Positions 28,433 through 41,495 of a stretch of 64,000 nucleotides of DNA are shown here, one piece after another. How positions within the stretch are numbered: the first letter of the stretch is position 1; each line of letters begins with the position of its first letter. Location: assembly GCF_001194135.2 (NCBI RefSeq), contig NC_068981.1, positions 37,652,761 through 37,716,760 of the forward strand, read 5' to 3'. The notes below the pieces were generated by a model that did no database searches, was not told where the DNA came from, and saw only the letters and a program-made list of their open reading frames with translations. Position numbers and translations under genes: made by a program. The stretch is from Octopus bimaculoides. Its lineage: Eukaryota.

Positions 28433-29044
28433 NNNNNNNNNNNNNNNNNNNNNNNNNNNNNNNNTATACATACATGACAGGTTTTCAGTTTCCATCGACC
28501 AAATCCACTCACAAGGCTTTGGTCAGCCAAAGGTTATAGTAGAAGAGACTTGTCCAAGGTGCTATGCAGTGAGACTGAACCCAGAACCTTGCAGTTGGGA
28601 AACAAGCTTCTTACCACACAGCCATGCCTGTCTTGTGTTTAGTTTATCATTTTTATAATATAGAGTGGTATAAATTACTGTTGTATATCTTTAGAGAATT
28701 AAACAATTCCCTACTTCATATAACGTAAAGTGATATATAGTATATGACTTTACATAACATAACACGGTGTAATTTGGTGCTTTGTGTAATATATGGTGGT
28801 ATAATTCACTACATTATATAATATAGGGTGATATATATTATATTGAATAATATAGTACATAAATAGGTACAAGTGTAGCTCTGTGGTAAGAAGTTCAATT
28901 CTCACACACATGGTCCAGGGTTCAGTCCTATTCTTTGAAGCTTTGGGAAAGTGTATTCTTCTATAGCCTTGGGCTTGTATATGGTGCTCCAGCATGACCA
29001 CAGCCACAGAGCTGAAATGAATAAAAGAACAAAAGAATATGTAT

Positions 29045-29485
29045 ATAGATGAAGTACTGAAGAAAGACCTCAGGAAGGTGAACTTTTCAGGAGAGATGAC
29101 AAAGAACCGAGATTCTTGGTTCCTAGCCATACTCAAGAAGATCCATACCCTGCAGTAGAAATGTTAAGACTGATCCTGCTGGTGGTGTAAAGTGCTCATG
29201 GTGGTTCCACTTAAAAGTGCCCATACAGCATCACATAAAATCACCTGTGTGGTGTTACATAAATACATTTGTGTGGCACCACATAAAAGCACCTGTGTGG
29301 TACCATATAAAAGCACCCAGCAAACTCTGTAAAGTGGTTGGCATTAGGAAAGGCATCAAGCCATAGAAACTGTGCTAAATGAGACTGGAGTCTGGTGCAG
29401 CTCCCCTGCTTGCCAGCTTTGGTTAAACTGTTCAACCCATACTAGCATGGACAATGGATGCTAAATGATGATGATGATGATGATA
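29045..29485 (+). mobile_element. RTE LINE 3' end (last codons, 3'UTR, (ATG)n tail)
   Basis: EVLKKDLRKVNFSGEMTKNRDSWFLAILKK resembles the RTE terminal motif EVVxxDLxxL..M.xDRxxW; the shared 3'UTR block follows. Confidence 0.65.
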
Positions 29486-32328
29486 TATCTGTGTGTGTGT
29501 GTGTGTGTCATTGTGTCTGTGTTTGTTCCTTCCATTACCATTTAACTATCAGTGTTAGTGTGTTTATGTCCTGTGTTATCTAGCAGTTCAGCAAAAGTGA
29601 CTGATAGAATAAATATCAGGCTTTAAAAATAATGAAATAAGACTGGGGTCGATTTATTTGACTAAAAAGATTCTTCGAGGTGACCCCCAGCATGGCTGCA
29701 GTCTAATGACTGAAACAAGTAAAAGATAAAAGATAAAAGAAGTGTTGACAAAGAAGCTGAGACAACATTGGGTTGAAAGGATCCTTAAGTCTTGTTGAGG
29801 ACATGACAATCTCTCTGTCGTTAGTAAAAGGCATACAGTACACTCTGTAAAGTGGCTGGTTATATGAAGGGGTTTATACTATAGAAACTAAGCAAAAGTA
29901 AAACACAGTAGTCCTCCAACTTGTTCAGAAGGGTAATAACACTAAAGGAAAATATAGTAGTCCTCTGATACATCTAGAAGGGTAGTAACTCAAAATATGA
30001 ACAAACCTGGAAACTTAAATTTCTATGGCTTATCATATCTATTACCAGTATTTAAAGCAAATATAAAATGATGATGAGGCTGGTATAATTCATTACTCTA
30101 TATAATAAAGGGTACAATAGTTTATGAAGTCATATGATACTGAGTGGTATATAATAGAGGAGGGTATAATTTACAGCTTTGTATAGTGCAGAATGGTATA
30201 TTCCACTATTGTATATAATATAGAGTGATATAACTTACTACTTTATAAAGTATGTATAGTATATAGCAATTGTATGAGAAAATTGACAATTGATACACTA
30301 TGTTTATAAACTTTCATTCTGTTCATACATAATATTCTAGTATTAACCTGGCACACACTTCTCTAACATCCTCTAGGAGGAAGTTTATCTGTCATCCATT
30401 TAAATTTACAGAAACCTAAGATAAGTATTAGTTCATTTAATAGTAGAGATCTCTGAAAAGAAATGATAATAGATAATAAAGCATATGAATTATTCAAATG
30501 CTAGTGAATAAATATCACCTCTTTTAGTAAGGTGGATTACATATGGACAGTAATTATTGAACAGAGGTAACTTTAACTTGGTTAATCACAAATATGAAAC
30601 TATTTCATATATTTCTGAGCATTAAAAATACTTCTTTCTCTGGTGTTTATTGTGTTAATAGCATAATTGTGATGACAGCACGGTGTCAATGTAACTGATG
30701 TCTTGCATAGTACTGTGAGGTAACACATAAGCATAGAAGTATTTCCAAAGGCAATAGCTATCATGCAAGAAGGAGCTAAGCACAGTTAGAATAAGATGTA
30801 GATAATCATGGAGCTATACTATGTTTTTTACATGCAATGTATCTTTATTACTTTAGTAAAAGAGGTGAGTAGATTGGCAGAAGCATTAGATTATTTGGCA
30901 ACATTCCTTTCTGTATTTACTTACAAAATTTTATGTTCTGAGTTCAAATCCTTTTGAAGTCAAAGTTGTTTTTTGTTTCTCTGGGTGTGATAAAGTAGAG
31001 TACCAAACTATTACTGGGGTTGATATAGTCAACTAACAACCATCTTCCATCAAAATTTAGAAATAATTGTATGAATTAGAAGCAGTGATAGGAATAAGGT
31101 GCCTACACTGCAATGTAGCACTCCAAATCTTACTTCAGCCTCAAATTGTGTACCTTTTGAGCTTGCAGGTAATAACTCTCAAAACTTCATGTTTCCTGGA
31201 GACAAAATTATAATGTTTATGTAAAATGTTTATTCCATACTTATTGTATTTCTATTTTATTATTTCTGGCCATTAAATGTAAGTAGCTACATAGCTCCTC
31301 TACATCTAGAACCTGCACTACCACAATCCCTTCTCTCATACCTTATACCTCATCTGTTAGCATAAAGCTCCTCCAATCAGGTTACATAGCCTTGTGAGTT
31401 GCATGGCAATCTCACAAGTGGCAGTAGCATAAGTAAAGCATCTAGTACATAATGTAAGGTGGTTAGTTTAAGGAAGGACTTCCAGCTGCAGAAAACATAC
31501 CAAAGCAGACACAAGAACACAAGCAGTCTTAGAACCTATTGGATCCTCTCAAGAGAGCATCAGCGTTAAATGACAATGATGGTGATGATGACAATAATGC
31601 TGCTGCTGCTGATGATAATGACGACAATGGTAACAACGATGACAATGATGATGAAAAATATGGCTTAAATAAGTGCTTAAATTTGTCTCCCAACATTTTG
31701 GATATTATTAAGTTATTGCTGTTCTATTTACTTCAAAGTCAGCCTTGATGAAATTGATTCATGATCAAAGTCATTTAACCATGAGACCACATTTTATTTT
31801 CAACCGTTGATTGTCTAGGAGCACAGCATCTGATATGTCCTTCTGCTCTTAAGAAGATAGATTGTGATGTGACTGATATTTCTAGCAGGTCAAAATGACC
31901 ATGTGATTGTTTTCTCATTGACTCATGCAATGTCATGGTTCCAGTTTTTCCCTTCTGCCATGAAGATAATATAGTGTCTACCATGTATACAAGCATACAC
32001 GTGTATTAACACCTGTATTTAAATACACACAAAAAATTGTATATAGGTGAACACCTTCAACTCTGTTAAACCATGTCTGTGTTAGCAGAGTACAATGTTT
32101 ATTGAAGTCTTATGCAAAACATTTAATCTATTTCTACTAATAGCTTTTGTAAATGTTTATACTCTATTCTCAGTAAAGAAGAAAGAATATGTTTCAAGAC
32201 TAGACTATTACAATAACCAGCTGCAGCACCAACAATACTTCGCTATCTGACAAAATTGAGAAATTGAAATTCAGATTGAATGTTTCAGCAAATAGCTGCA
32301 ATCCGTTACATAAATATCACCACACACA

Positions 32329-32403
<75 letters not shown>

Positions 32404-33064
32404 TTATATACAAGCATGCATATGTTTACTTGTATGTAACCTATATAGTAGGTGTGTTTATGTGCATGTGTGCCTACATTTTTTATTTAAATTTGTATCT
32501 ATGTGAAATTATGTAACATACATGTCCATATTTTTATTTATATATTTTCATCTTACTTTTCAAATTTATTTTCTCTTATCCCTACCCCTTTGCTTAATGG
32601 CCAGAATTTGAAGTTTGTTGTTTAGCAGTTAACTCTCCAATACTTTATTGAATATTCCAGAAAGAATGTCATTTCCGCTGTGTATTGATTGAACTTTGAT
32701 TTTAAAATTAGTTTTACAATATCATGACATGTATGAAACTCTTAGTTTTTGAGTCACTTCTGCAACTTATATGTATGTATGTATGTATGTATGTACTCTT
32801 CTATTCTTAGTTACATGGATTCTTCCTCTGAAGAAGGGACTGGTTTCTTATAAAAATACAAAGCTTCATCACTGGAATGCAAATAATAAAAACAATGTCA
32901 CAATTTAAACTTGAGGTAAGTCTTGCATATTTTTACTGTCATACTTATCGATTGTACTTGTAATGTGTGAGTTGGTTGATTACTTTTTTCTGAAAACCCT
33001 AGCTTATCCAGATTGTCATTTAAGCATTTCCTCACAAAACCAAGTGCAGCAGTTATTATTGATA

Positions 33065-33120
33065 TAAATGTGAATTTATAATATGGATATTTCTATATCC
33101 ATATTATAAATTCACATTTA
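33065..33120. other. Perfect 26-bp inverted repeat with 4-nt loop
   Basis: taaatgtgaatttataatatggatat-ttct-atatccatattataaattcacattta. Confidence 0.95.
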
Positions 33121-33399
33121 GAAGTTTTGAATATATGCATGATTTTTCTTTGAGTTTAATTTGAGTTCTCAGTGTTTGTAAATATGTGGGTAAGCTGGTG
33201 TGTTGGTTGAACTGTTGATGTATATATCCAAGTGTGTGCATCTATTCACATGAGAATCTCAGATAGAGAATTTTGGGAATATTTTGCAAATCTTCACTGT
33301 GCAACTAATAGATTGAATTTGAAGAATCTGTGACAGTTTCTTTTGCTCTTTTTCCATGAAACTGAATATTTCTACGTGTTTGTACAAATGTGTATGTAT

Positions 33400-33870
33400 G
33401 TATCGTGATGGTACCTGTACCAGTAGATCACTAAGAGCACCGTCCAAGCGTGATCGTTGCCAGAGCATCAGTTGTCTGGCTTCTGTGCCGGTGGCACATA
33501 AATAGCACCATTTGAGTGTGATCGTTACCAACGTCGCCTTCCTGGCACTTGTGCCAGTGACATGTGAAAAGGAAATTTGAGCGAGTTCATTGCCAGTGCC
33601 GCTGGACTGGCTCCTGTGCAGGTGGCACGTAAAATACACCATTTCGAGCGTGGCCATTGCCAATACCTCATGACTGGCCTTCGTGCCGGTGGCACGTAAA
33701 AGCACCCACTACACTCTCGGAGTGGTTGGCGTTAGGAAGGGCATCCAGCTGTAGAAACTCTGCCAAATCAGATTGGAGCCTGGTGAAGCCATCTGGTTTA
33801 CCAATCCTCAGTCAAATTGTCCAACCCATGCTAGCATACAAAGCGGATGTTAAACGATGATGATGATGAT
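33400..33870 (+). mobile_element. Young RTE 3'UTR-type repeat with internal tandem subrepeats and (GAT)n tail
   Basis: Recurring gccagtg/gccggtggcac(g)taaaa..cacca units followed by the shared 3' block; CpGs largely retained. Confidence 0.8.
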
Positions 33871-35530
33871 GTATGTATATATGTATGTATGTATAAAACT
33901 ATGTTGAATACAAAAATGCACAAATCTGTGAAAACATGGGTTTCTTCTTTTGGATAAAATTCTTTACTGCTTAGCTATTGCCAACAATAATTACAACACA
34001 TAATGAATTAGACGATGTATGTGGTTATGTTCGTGGCATGAGAAACTGGAGCAAAAGACAGAAGAGTGGAGGAAGGGAAAAAAAAAATGTTTTGGATATT
34101 AAGTGCTAACAATGTGCTGATTTAAGGAAAACATCATATTTCAGAAATCCTGTGAAATAATACTAACAAAAAAATATGTTTTCAGTTAAGTTTATATTTG
34201 ATAACAATAGTGTGTTTGGATATAGTATCAATAACATTTGAGTACACAACGGATTTAGACAAAAATGTATAATTAAAAACAAAATTTTAATAACAGATTT
34301 CTCTTTGTTGCACTTAAAATCAATGAATAAAATATACTATTTAATAAGAAGAGTGGGTCTTGATTGATGCAAATGTTAGCAATGGTTTTACATCTATTTA
34401 GCTAAAGTGTATTATGATAAATTCCACCAAATCTGATCTACGTATTGATCAGATTTATCACATTAAGTTATTTCCATATAACTTGATGGCTTGGAAAATG
34501 TCCATAATGTTTGATGTGTGGCAATAGAAAGCTTCACACAGAGGCTATCAATTTATTTTAGTACTATTCCTATAGTCAATGAAGGCCACTAGATTTTAAT
34601 TTGAGCTGTGATAAGGAAGATAAAAAAAAGTTGGGGAGAGTAAAAGGAGGTAAAAAAACTAAACAAAAATAAAAGTTGGTCCATCAATATTCTAGCAGAG
34701 CCTCATTTTATTGCTCTGCAGTTCAGTATAGGTAAAAGAGCCTCATGGCTGCCATATATAGCAACCAGCTAGGCATTGATTTGCAATATGCACTAAGAAA
34801 GAAAGAAACACAAAAGTTGTCACCATCGCCATGATCATCATCATCATTATCATTATTACCATCATTGTCATCATTGTTGTCATCACCATCATCATATTAA
34901 CGTCCACTTTACCATGCTTGTGTAGGTCAGAAAGAATTCATTTGGGATGGTTTTAAACAGCCTTATGCCCTTCCTGTTACCTGTTTCCAAGAAAATATAT
35001 TTCCTCATAGCCAGGCAATCTTTTCACAATTGGTTGGAAATAATGGACTCTGCTTCTATGCTGGTGATGCTCATTTACAATTATCATTCAATGTCTTGAG
35101 AGGGAGCCACAGCACATACAGGCATTTACATCTCTCTCTCTCTCTCTCTCTCTATANNNNNNNNNNNNNNNNNNNNNNNNNNNNNNNNNNNNNNNNNNNN
35201 NNNNNNNNNNNNNNNNNNNNNNNNNNNNNNNNNNNNNNNNNNNNNNNNNNNNNNNNNNNNNNNNNNNNNNNNNNNNNNNNNNNNNNNNNNNNNNNNNNNN
35301 NNNNNNNNNNNNNNNNNNNNNNNNNNNNNNNNNNNNNNNNNNNNNNNNNNNNNNNNNNNNNNNNNNNNNNNNNNNNNNNNNNNNNNNNNNNNNNNNNNNN
35401 NNNNNNNNNNNNNNNNNNNNNNNNNNNNNNNNNNNNNNNNNNNNNNNNNNNNNNNNNNNNNNNNNNNNNNNNNNNNNNNNNNNNNNNNNNNNNNNNNNNN
35501 NNNNNNNNNNNNNNNNNNNNNNNNNNNNNN

Positions 35531-36055
35531 CTTGGTTTAATATCATCTCCTTTGAAATAGTCACCTTGCACAGCAATACACCAGTCCCAGCGTCCCGGCC
35601 ATTTTTGAAGAATCCGGTCTTTTTTCCATAAGTGAGTTGAAGACCTGTGATTTGCTCTGGATCTCTTATCCAAGATGAAAATGCAGCTGGAAGAGATGGA
35701 AGTTCACAGGCACTAAATCTGGCAAATAGGATGAGTGCAGAAGCAATACCATGTTCTTTGGTGAGAAATTCACAACTGAAGAGAGCTTGGTGACAGGGTG
35801 CATTAGTGTTGTGAAGAATCCAGTTCTCCATGCTCCACAGAATCGGTTGCTTTCACCAAATGTCCTTGCACAAACACTTCAAAACATTGTTGATTGTCTG
35901 CCAACTATCCTCACACACAAGCTGATAAATTTTCCCCAAATTTCCAGGGGTAACACTTGTGGCAGGTCTTCCAGATCGCTCATCATCTACTTTTGATGCC
36001 CCTATGCCACTTGAAACATTGTGTACAACCCAATGTCTTGTCGCCATGAGCTTGC
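35531..36055 (-). mobile_element. Mariner remnant with internal deletion
   Basis: DDERSGRPATSVTPGNLGKI (HTH linker), WILHNTNAPCH (cf. HHDNAPxH) and FxKW..RWDWCIAVQGDYFKG* (C-terminus). Confidence 0.85.
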
Positions 36056-36099
36056 TGAACAAAAAAAAAAGAAAGAAAGAAACAGAAACAAAAAAGAAA

Positions 36100-36972
36100 G
36101 AAAAAGTCAGTTTGCAAGAGATCTGAACGCCAAGACAGATATAGAGGACCGGTGGCTACGGATGAGGAGAAGTGACCTGAAGATAGAGACTGAAGCACTC
36201 ATATGCGCAAGCATTAAGGACCAATTATATGAAGTGCAGAATTGACAACACTACCGACAGCGACAAAAGCAGATTGTGTGGTGAGAGAGGTGAAATGATA
36301 TGGCACATCGTTAGCGAATACCCGAAATTGGTACAACGCGAATACAGAAGACGCCATGACAATGTTGCAAGAATGATCCACTGGGATCTTTGTGGAAATC
36401 ACGGCCTACAAAGAGCAAAGACGTGGTATGAGCAAACCTCAAGAGTCACCGAAAATGAGAACTGCCAAATCCTATGGGATTTGATGATCCAGTACGATCA
36501 CCTGACCGGACATAGGAAACCGGGCATTGTTGTGGTTAATAAAAAAGAAAGAACATGTATGATTATCGACACAGTATGCTCGGGAGACAACAGGGACTGT
36601 GAAAGAAGAAGAAAAGAAACAACTATGACAATTTAAAATTGGAAATACGAAGGTTGTGGTCAATGAGAAGAGTAGAAGTAATACCAATAGTAATTGGTGC
36701 ACTTGGAAGTATCAGCACTCAACTACCAATATGGCTGAAAAAGATCGGTGTAAGTGTGAAGGTAGAATACCTACGAAAATCAACATTGTTTGGAACTGCA
36801 AGAATTCTTCACAGGGTTCTCGAAGCATGACCAGTAATCAAGTGCCACCTTAGTCTGCCGGCTGCGGACAGCTGACACTTTCCATCATACCCAACGAAAT
36901 AAGCTGTGAGTTTTCATATAACAATGACAACAAAAAAAAAAATAATAATAACAATAACAATAATAATAATAA
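36100..36972 (+). mobile_element. R4/Dong-type (RLE) non-LTR retrotransposon, 5'-truncated 3' end with (AAT)n tail
   Basis: SDLKIETEALICA; decayed CCHC (SRLCGERGEMIWHIVSEYPKL); RHDNV; KPGIVV..IID (PD-D/ExK-like); IPIVIGALG..GTARILHRVL*; then 3'UTR and AAT repeats. Confidence 0.85.
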
Positions 36973-37007
36973 TGGTTTCAAATTTTGGCACAACGCCAGC
37001 AATTTCA

Positions 37008-37175
37008 AGGCCCGTCGCCAGACATGGTGCATGGGGGTGCTTCAGAATATTCAGTGGGGGAGAGGACACTAATTTTTGTAAACTATTTTTGTAAACTGCA
37101 TTTTCTAAATCTGAGAGTACATCATTGAATAGTTGAGATCAATATCGTCTAGTGCACCCCCTTAGCAACGAGCAT
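37008..37175. mobile_element. MITE-like insertion inside a minus-strand SINE
   Basis: Terminal aggcccgtcgcca versus reverse complement atgctcgttgcta (9/13, mostly C>T), with subterminal gggggtgc/gcaccccc. The SINE sequence resumes on both sides. Confidence 0.55.
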
Positions 37176-37689
37176 GGGGAGGACGGAAGTCGACTGCATC
37201 AACCCCTATGTTCAGCTGGTACTTACTTTGTAAACCCCTAAAGGGATGAAAGACAAAGTTGACCTCGGCGGAATTTGAACTCAGAACGATGATGAAAAAA
37301 CAAATACTAACACTGAAAATTTATAATTTAATATAGGGGATAATATGAAGGAATGTAAATGAAATGTTAGTAAACTCAGTAGGAAGTAGAAATGAGAAAA
37401 GGAAGCAGGCACTCTAAGTGACAAATGAAGGCATTAAGGGAAAAGTATGTTAACTTAATAGATTGAAAAAATTGTATTAACAAATACGTGGTTATTGAAT
37501 AGCTAAATAATTCAATAAATAAACTATAGAATAAATTTTAATGTTACCAAATTATGAAGAAATATACATAAAGGAATAGCCAGAACTCAGTAAAAGGCTT
37601 AAAACCCTAATGGATAAAGTTAGCTATGTTAAGAATTTAAAACCAGTTATCTATTTGAGAAGTTTCTTAGTTTGTTACGAAGGTAAAGT

Positions 37690-38250
37690 TTTGAAGACTT
37701 ATATTTCAGCAAGTGTTCTTTTCAGCCTGTTATTTTGGATAATTCTTTTGTAAATATGGTGATTGAATTTTCCATGGTACATAAATTGCAGGGTTGTTTG
37801 TAGCCATTATAAGACTCCTGAAACGATCCTCCAGTTACGGGTATAGCATGGTCGAGGGATATGTCCAAATAGTTAGTTTTGTTAAAGTTAGTTTCAACGT
37901 TCATCAGAAATCCAAATTCTGTGAGAAATATGTAAATTTCTCCAAATTGTAAAGACAGTAGACAATCATCTCACTATCAAAATTGTTTCTTAAGACCTTA
38001 ATACCCACTTTTGAAATTATAGTGCCTTTAAAAGTGAAGATATTGGTTCCAAACGAAATGTGAGATCTTTTACTTTGTTACTTGATTAGGCAGACCATCC
38101 GATTTGATCAAGGGCGGTGAGGATTATGTAAGGGCTTCGTTTGGAGATGAGTAAAAGATAATTTGAATTTTTGAGTGTTGGTGCCTGCTAACTAGTCAAA
38201 GCAATTCAAAATAGTGTGGTTATTATCCTCGTCACTGGTGATGTTGGCTG
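37690..38250 (-). mobile_element. Penelope-like RT remnant
   Basis: NVETNFNKTNYLDISLD (cf. PLE ITIExNxxxVNFLDVTLD), preceded by a decayed (R)DDCLL (cf. YRDDGL). Confidence 0.6.
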
Positions 38251-39089
38251 AAAAAAAAACGAGGCAAGATATAGAAGTACTCAAAATCAGAGATAATCGA
38301 ACAAATGTAAGTATTTGGTGAAATGGAAAAGAAATTCTGTGAAGTGGAATAATTCAAACTATTTGCTGCTGATATTCACTGATTTTTATTAATGTGTGCA
38401 GAAATAAAGAAAACGAGAAAAATGTTTCAAAAGATAGATAAAAGAGAGTGTATTTAGAGAAAGTGGTGTGTAATATACACTGATATAGTAGTGAAAGAAG
38501 AAAAAAAAGTAAATGGGCAAGAGTCTCATCATCGTGGGATTTAGTATGCTATTTATTAATAAAGAATAAACAGAAATGGAGCGAAGAAGGAATAACACGT
38601 TGAACAAAGGATATAAAATTTCGATAATGTTCCAATTTAAAAAGTAGGCTGTAGAAATTATACCGAAGTGGTAGAGTTCATTTTTACCTTGGGTTGATAC
38701 AAATTTTTGATCGATTTGAAGTTGCAATAAAAATCGTTTAATTTTACTATGGCCCCTGGTATGAAGCTGCAGAAGCACGTCAGGTAGTAATTCAAAAACA
38801 CAGTCTCCTCAAATATTCTGTTGCAGTGATGTTGAAATTTAGGCTAAAATTATACGCGTTTGCTGAATATTCATCCAATGACAATATTATTAAATGAAAG
38901 TTCAGATGATTGCACTACTAGAGCACTCACCGTCAAAACTGACGGAGATCCATTTTTACTTTTCAATATTTGTAGGTTTATATATGTTTGTGTGCATACA
39001 TATCTGTCTGTTTGTCTGTCTGTATGTATATGTATTGAAAATTGAATTTGTGGAAGTGTTTTTCTTGTGCATTACATAGGCTTGGCAGC

Positions 39090-39720
39090 TTGCTAGTTTA
39101 CTGTCCAATATTTTGTGTTGCTTTTGAAGGTAACGTTGACTAACATTTTATGAGTGAATAGTGGGAGATGGAATCAAAAATTCTGCTGATGTCGATGGCA
39201 GTTAGAATGGTACATGCAGATAATTTCTATTAACTTGACCAACATGTATTTTCTATGTATATTTTACGTTGGTTTGGATGTAGTATGATGGCTCAATGTA
39301 ATGATCTAAAATCTTGATGGATTTGTTTTGTAGAAGAGAATATGTGATTTAGTGATGTCAATTTTTGCGCATATGTATAATATTGTGATGTATCTGTATG
39401 GTGTTACTTCACTTCCATTTCAGTTGAGCTTTAGTATTGTTATGAGTTTATCTACATTCAGGGACTTCGACAGTGTTGATATAAGGTGTTATTGATGTTG
39501 GTGAGTGCAATGATTCCTTCAGGTGTTTTAGACGCATATTTGTGATTCTGTCTGGTTCTGACGCTTTCCAATTTTATATTTCCGTGTTGTTTTCCTGAGT
39601 CTGATAAACAGAAGTGTTCGAAGTAAAAGATAACTATTTTTTTGTATTAATGTCTTATCTGGGCAGTTTTTGGTGGTTGATTTTTAAGAAATGTTAATAT
39701 TGGCGATTTCTTTATGTTAC
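39090..39720 (-). mobile_element. Decayed non-LTR (CR1/Jockey-like) RT fragment
   Basis: HQDFRSLH (cf. QHGFRxxHS) and ILTAIDISRIF/DSISHYSLI (cf. IDxSKAFDSISH). Confidence 0.45.
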
Positions 39721-40218
39721 AATGTAGAGATATTATTTGAGGTTATTATTCCGATACAGGGTGTGGTGTGATCATCACTGTTATTGATGATGATGATGAT
39801 GATGATAATGATGATGATGATGATTATGATGGGGATGATGATGGTGATGATGATGATAATTACATAGTGTTTTACTGTTAGCTTTGTGGTTTATGTTGGA
39901 TACAGATGTTTTCCAATGTTCTGTTTCTATTTATTTATTTTGTTATTTCCTTGTTTAGCTGTTTGATACTAAGTTTTATTTCGGTTGTGTGTAGTTTTTG
40001 TGTATTGTTTGAGGTTGTCTGTAGTTTTTATGAGGTTAGCTATTTCTGGTATGTAATTAGGGTTGTGGGATGAATTTTTTAGAGACGTCTATAATTATTT
40101 TGTTCAATGTATGTACAGAAGTGTGTATATTCTGAAAACCTTGATTGCCTGAGTTTGGGCATTAATGTGCGTGCGTGTGCATATGTAGATATGTACAAGT
40201 GTAAATGTGTGATATATA

Positions 40219-40260
<42 letters not shown>

Positions 40261-40270
40261 NNNNNNNNNN

Positions 40271-40317
<47 letters not shown>

Positions 40318-40664
40318 TCAGATATTCATATTCATATACACATGTACATATATGTATATATGTAGACATATATATATATGAAAGCATATGTATATATGCA
40401 TATATATATATATTCACATCATTTTCGTAATTATTTACTGTCTTTCATTCTTGATGGCATGGGGGTGCATTGTTTAATATCATCTTGCAAGATGCCACCA
40501 TGTTCAAATGTCTGCTCTTTCATGGTTTCTAAAACTAGATGCCCTTACACTAAAACAAACCGAAAGATAATTGAACCAGTTTTACCTGTTGCTTTCCACA
40601 TCATCAGGTACGTCTACTTCATTTGTTCTACGCAGAGGGAGAGAGAGAGAGAGCGAGAGAGAGG

Positions 40665-40846
40665 ATAACTTTTAAATAAAGTGTCTCCTTGATCATCCAT
40701 TGTAGTTAGGCATCCAAATATACTTGGAGCATCTAACGGGGAGTTCCAGATAACTGCAATAGGGAAACGTACGTAGAAACTAATAACTTATACATATGTA
40801 TGCATATTTCAATTTTCCACTGTCTCTATAATATACACACACGCGC

Positions 40847-40880
<34 letters not shown>

Positions 40881-41170
40881 ATATGCATATACATACATAC
40901 ATACCCAGTGTACACACACACACATATATATATACACACATTAGATATGTATGTATATGCATATATGTACATATGTATTTGTACATGTGTGTGTGTGTGT
41001 GTATGTATATTCACAATAGAACATTAAAATATGAATACATATGTATAAGTTATTAGTGTCTACGTACGTTTCCTCTATTGTAGTTATCTGGTACTCACTG
41101 TTAGATGCTCCAAGTATATTTGGATGCCTAACTGCAATGGATGATCAGGGAGACACTATTTAAAAGTTAT
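40665..41170. mobile_element. Fold-back element: ~144-bp inverted arms around a (TA)/(CA)/(TG) spacer
   Basis: 40665-40809 versus 41027-41170 align as reverse complements with about 8 substitutions and 2 small indels. Confidence 0.9.
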
Positions 41171-41239
41171 TCTCTATCTCTATCTCTATCTCTCTCTCTC
41201 CCTTTGAATAGAACAAATGAAGCAGACATATCTGATGAT

Positions 41240-41495
41240 CATTATTTACATTATTTACAATTGACTGGTATTTGTCCTCATCTTGTTTGTTGTTAACACA
41301 GCATTTCGGCTGATACACCTTCCAGCCTTCATCAGGTGTCTTGGGGAAATTTCGAACCTGGGTTTTCATTCCTAAGGTATTTTTCGATGTTGTTGTTGTT
41401 GTTATTATTATTATTATTATTATTCAGGTCACTGCCTGAAATCGAACTCGGAATCTTGCAGTTAGTAGCCTGCGTTCTTGACCACTACGCCATGC
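41240..41495 (-). mobile_element. tRNA-headed SINE with (AAT/AAC)n linker and hammerhead-like 3' part
   Basis: A box TGGCGTAGTGG (41492-41482), B box GAGTTCGATTTC (41449-41438), then gacac-CTGATGA-a-ggctg..cagcc-GAAA-tgct-gtgtt (41340-41295). Confidence 0.75.

Noticed and set aside
41424-41495. tRNA gene
   Set aside because: The acceptor stem is missing, the ACT anticodon is atypical for eukaryotes and an (AAT)n repeat follows; this is a SINE head.
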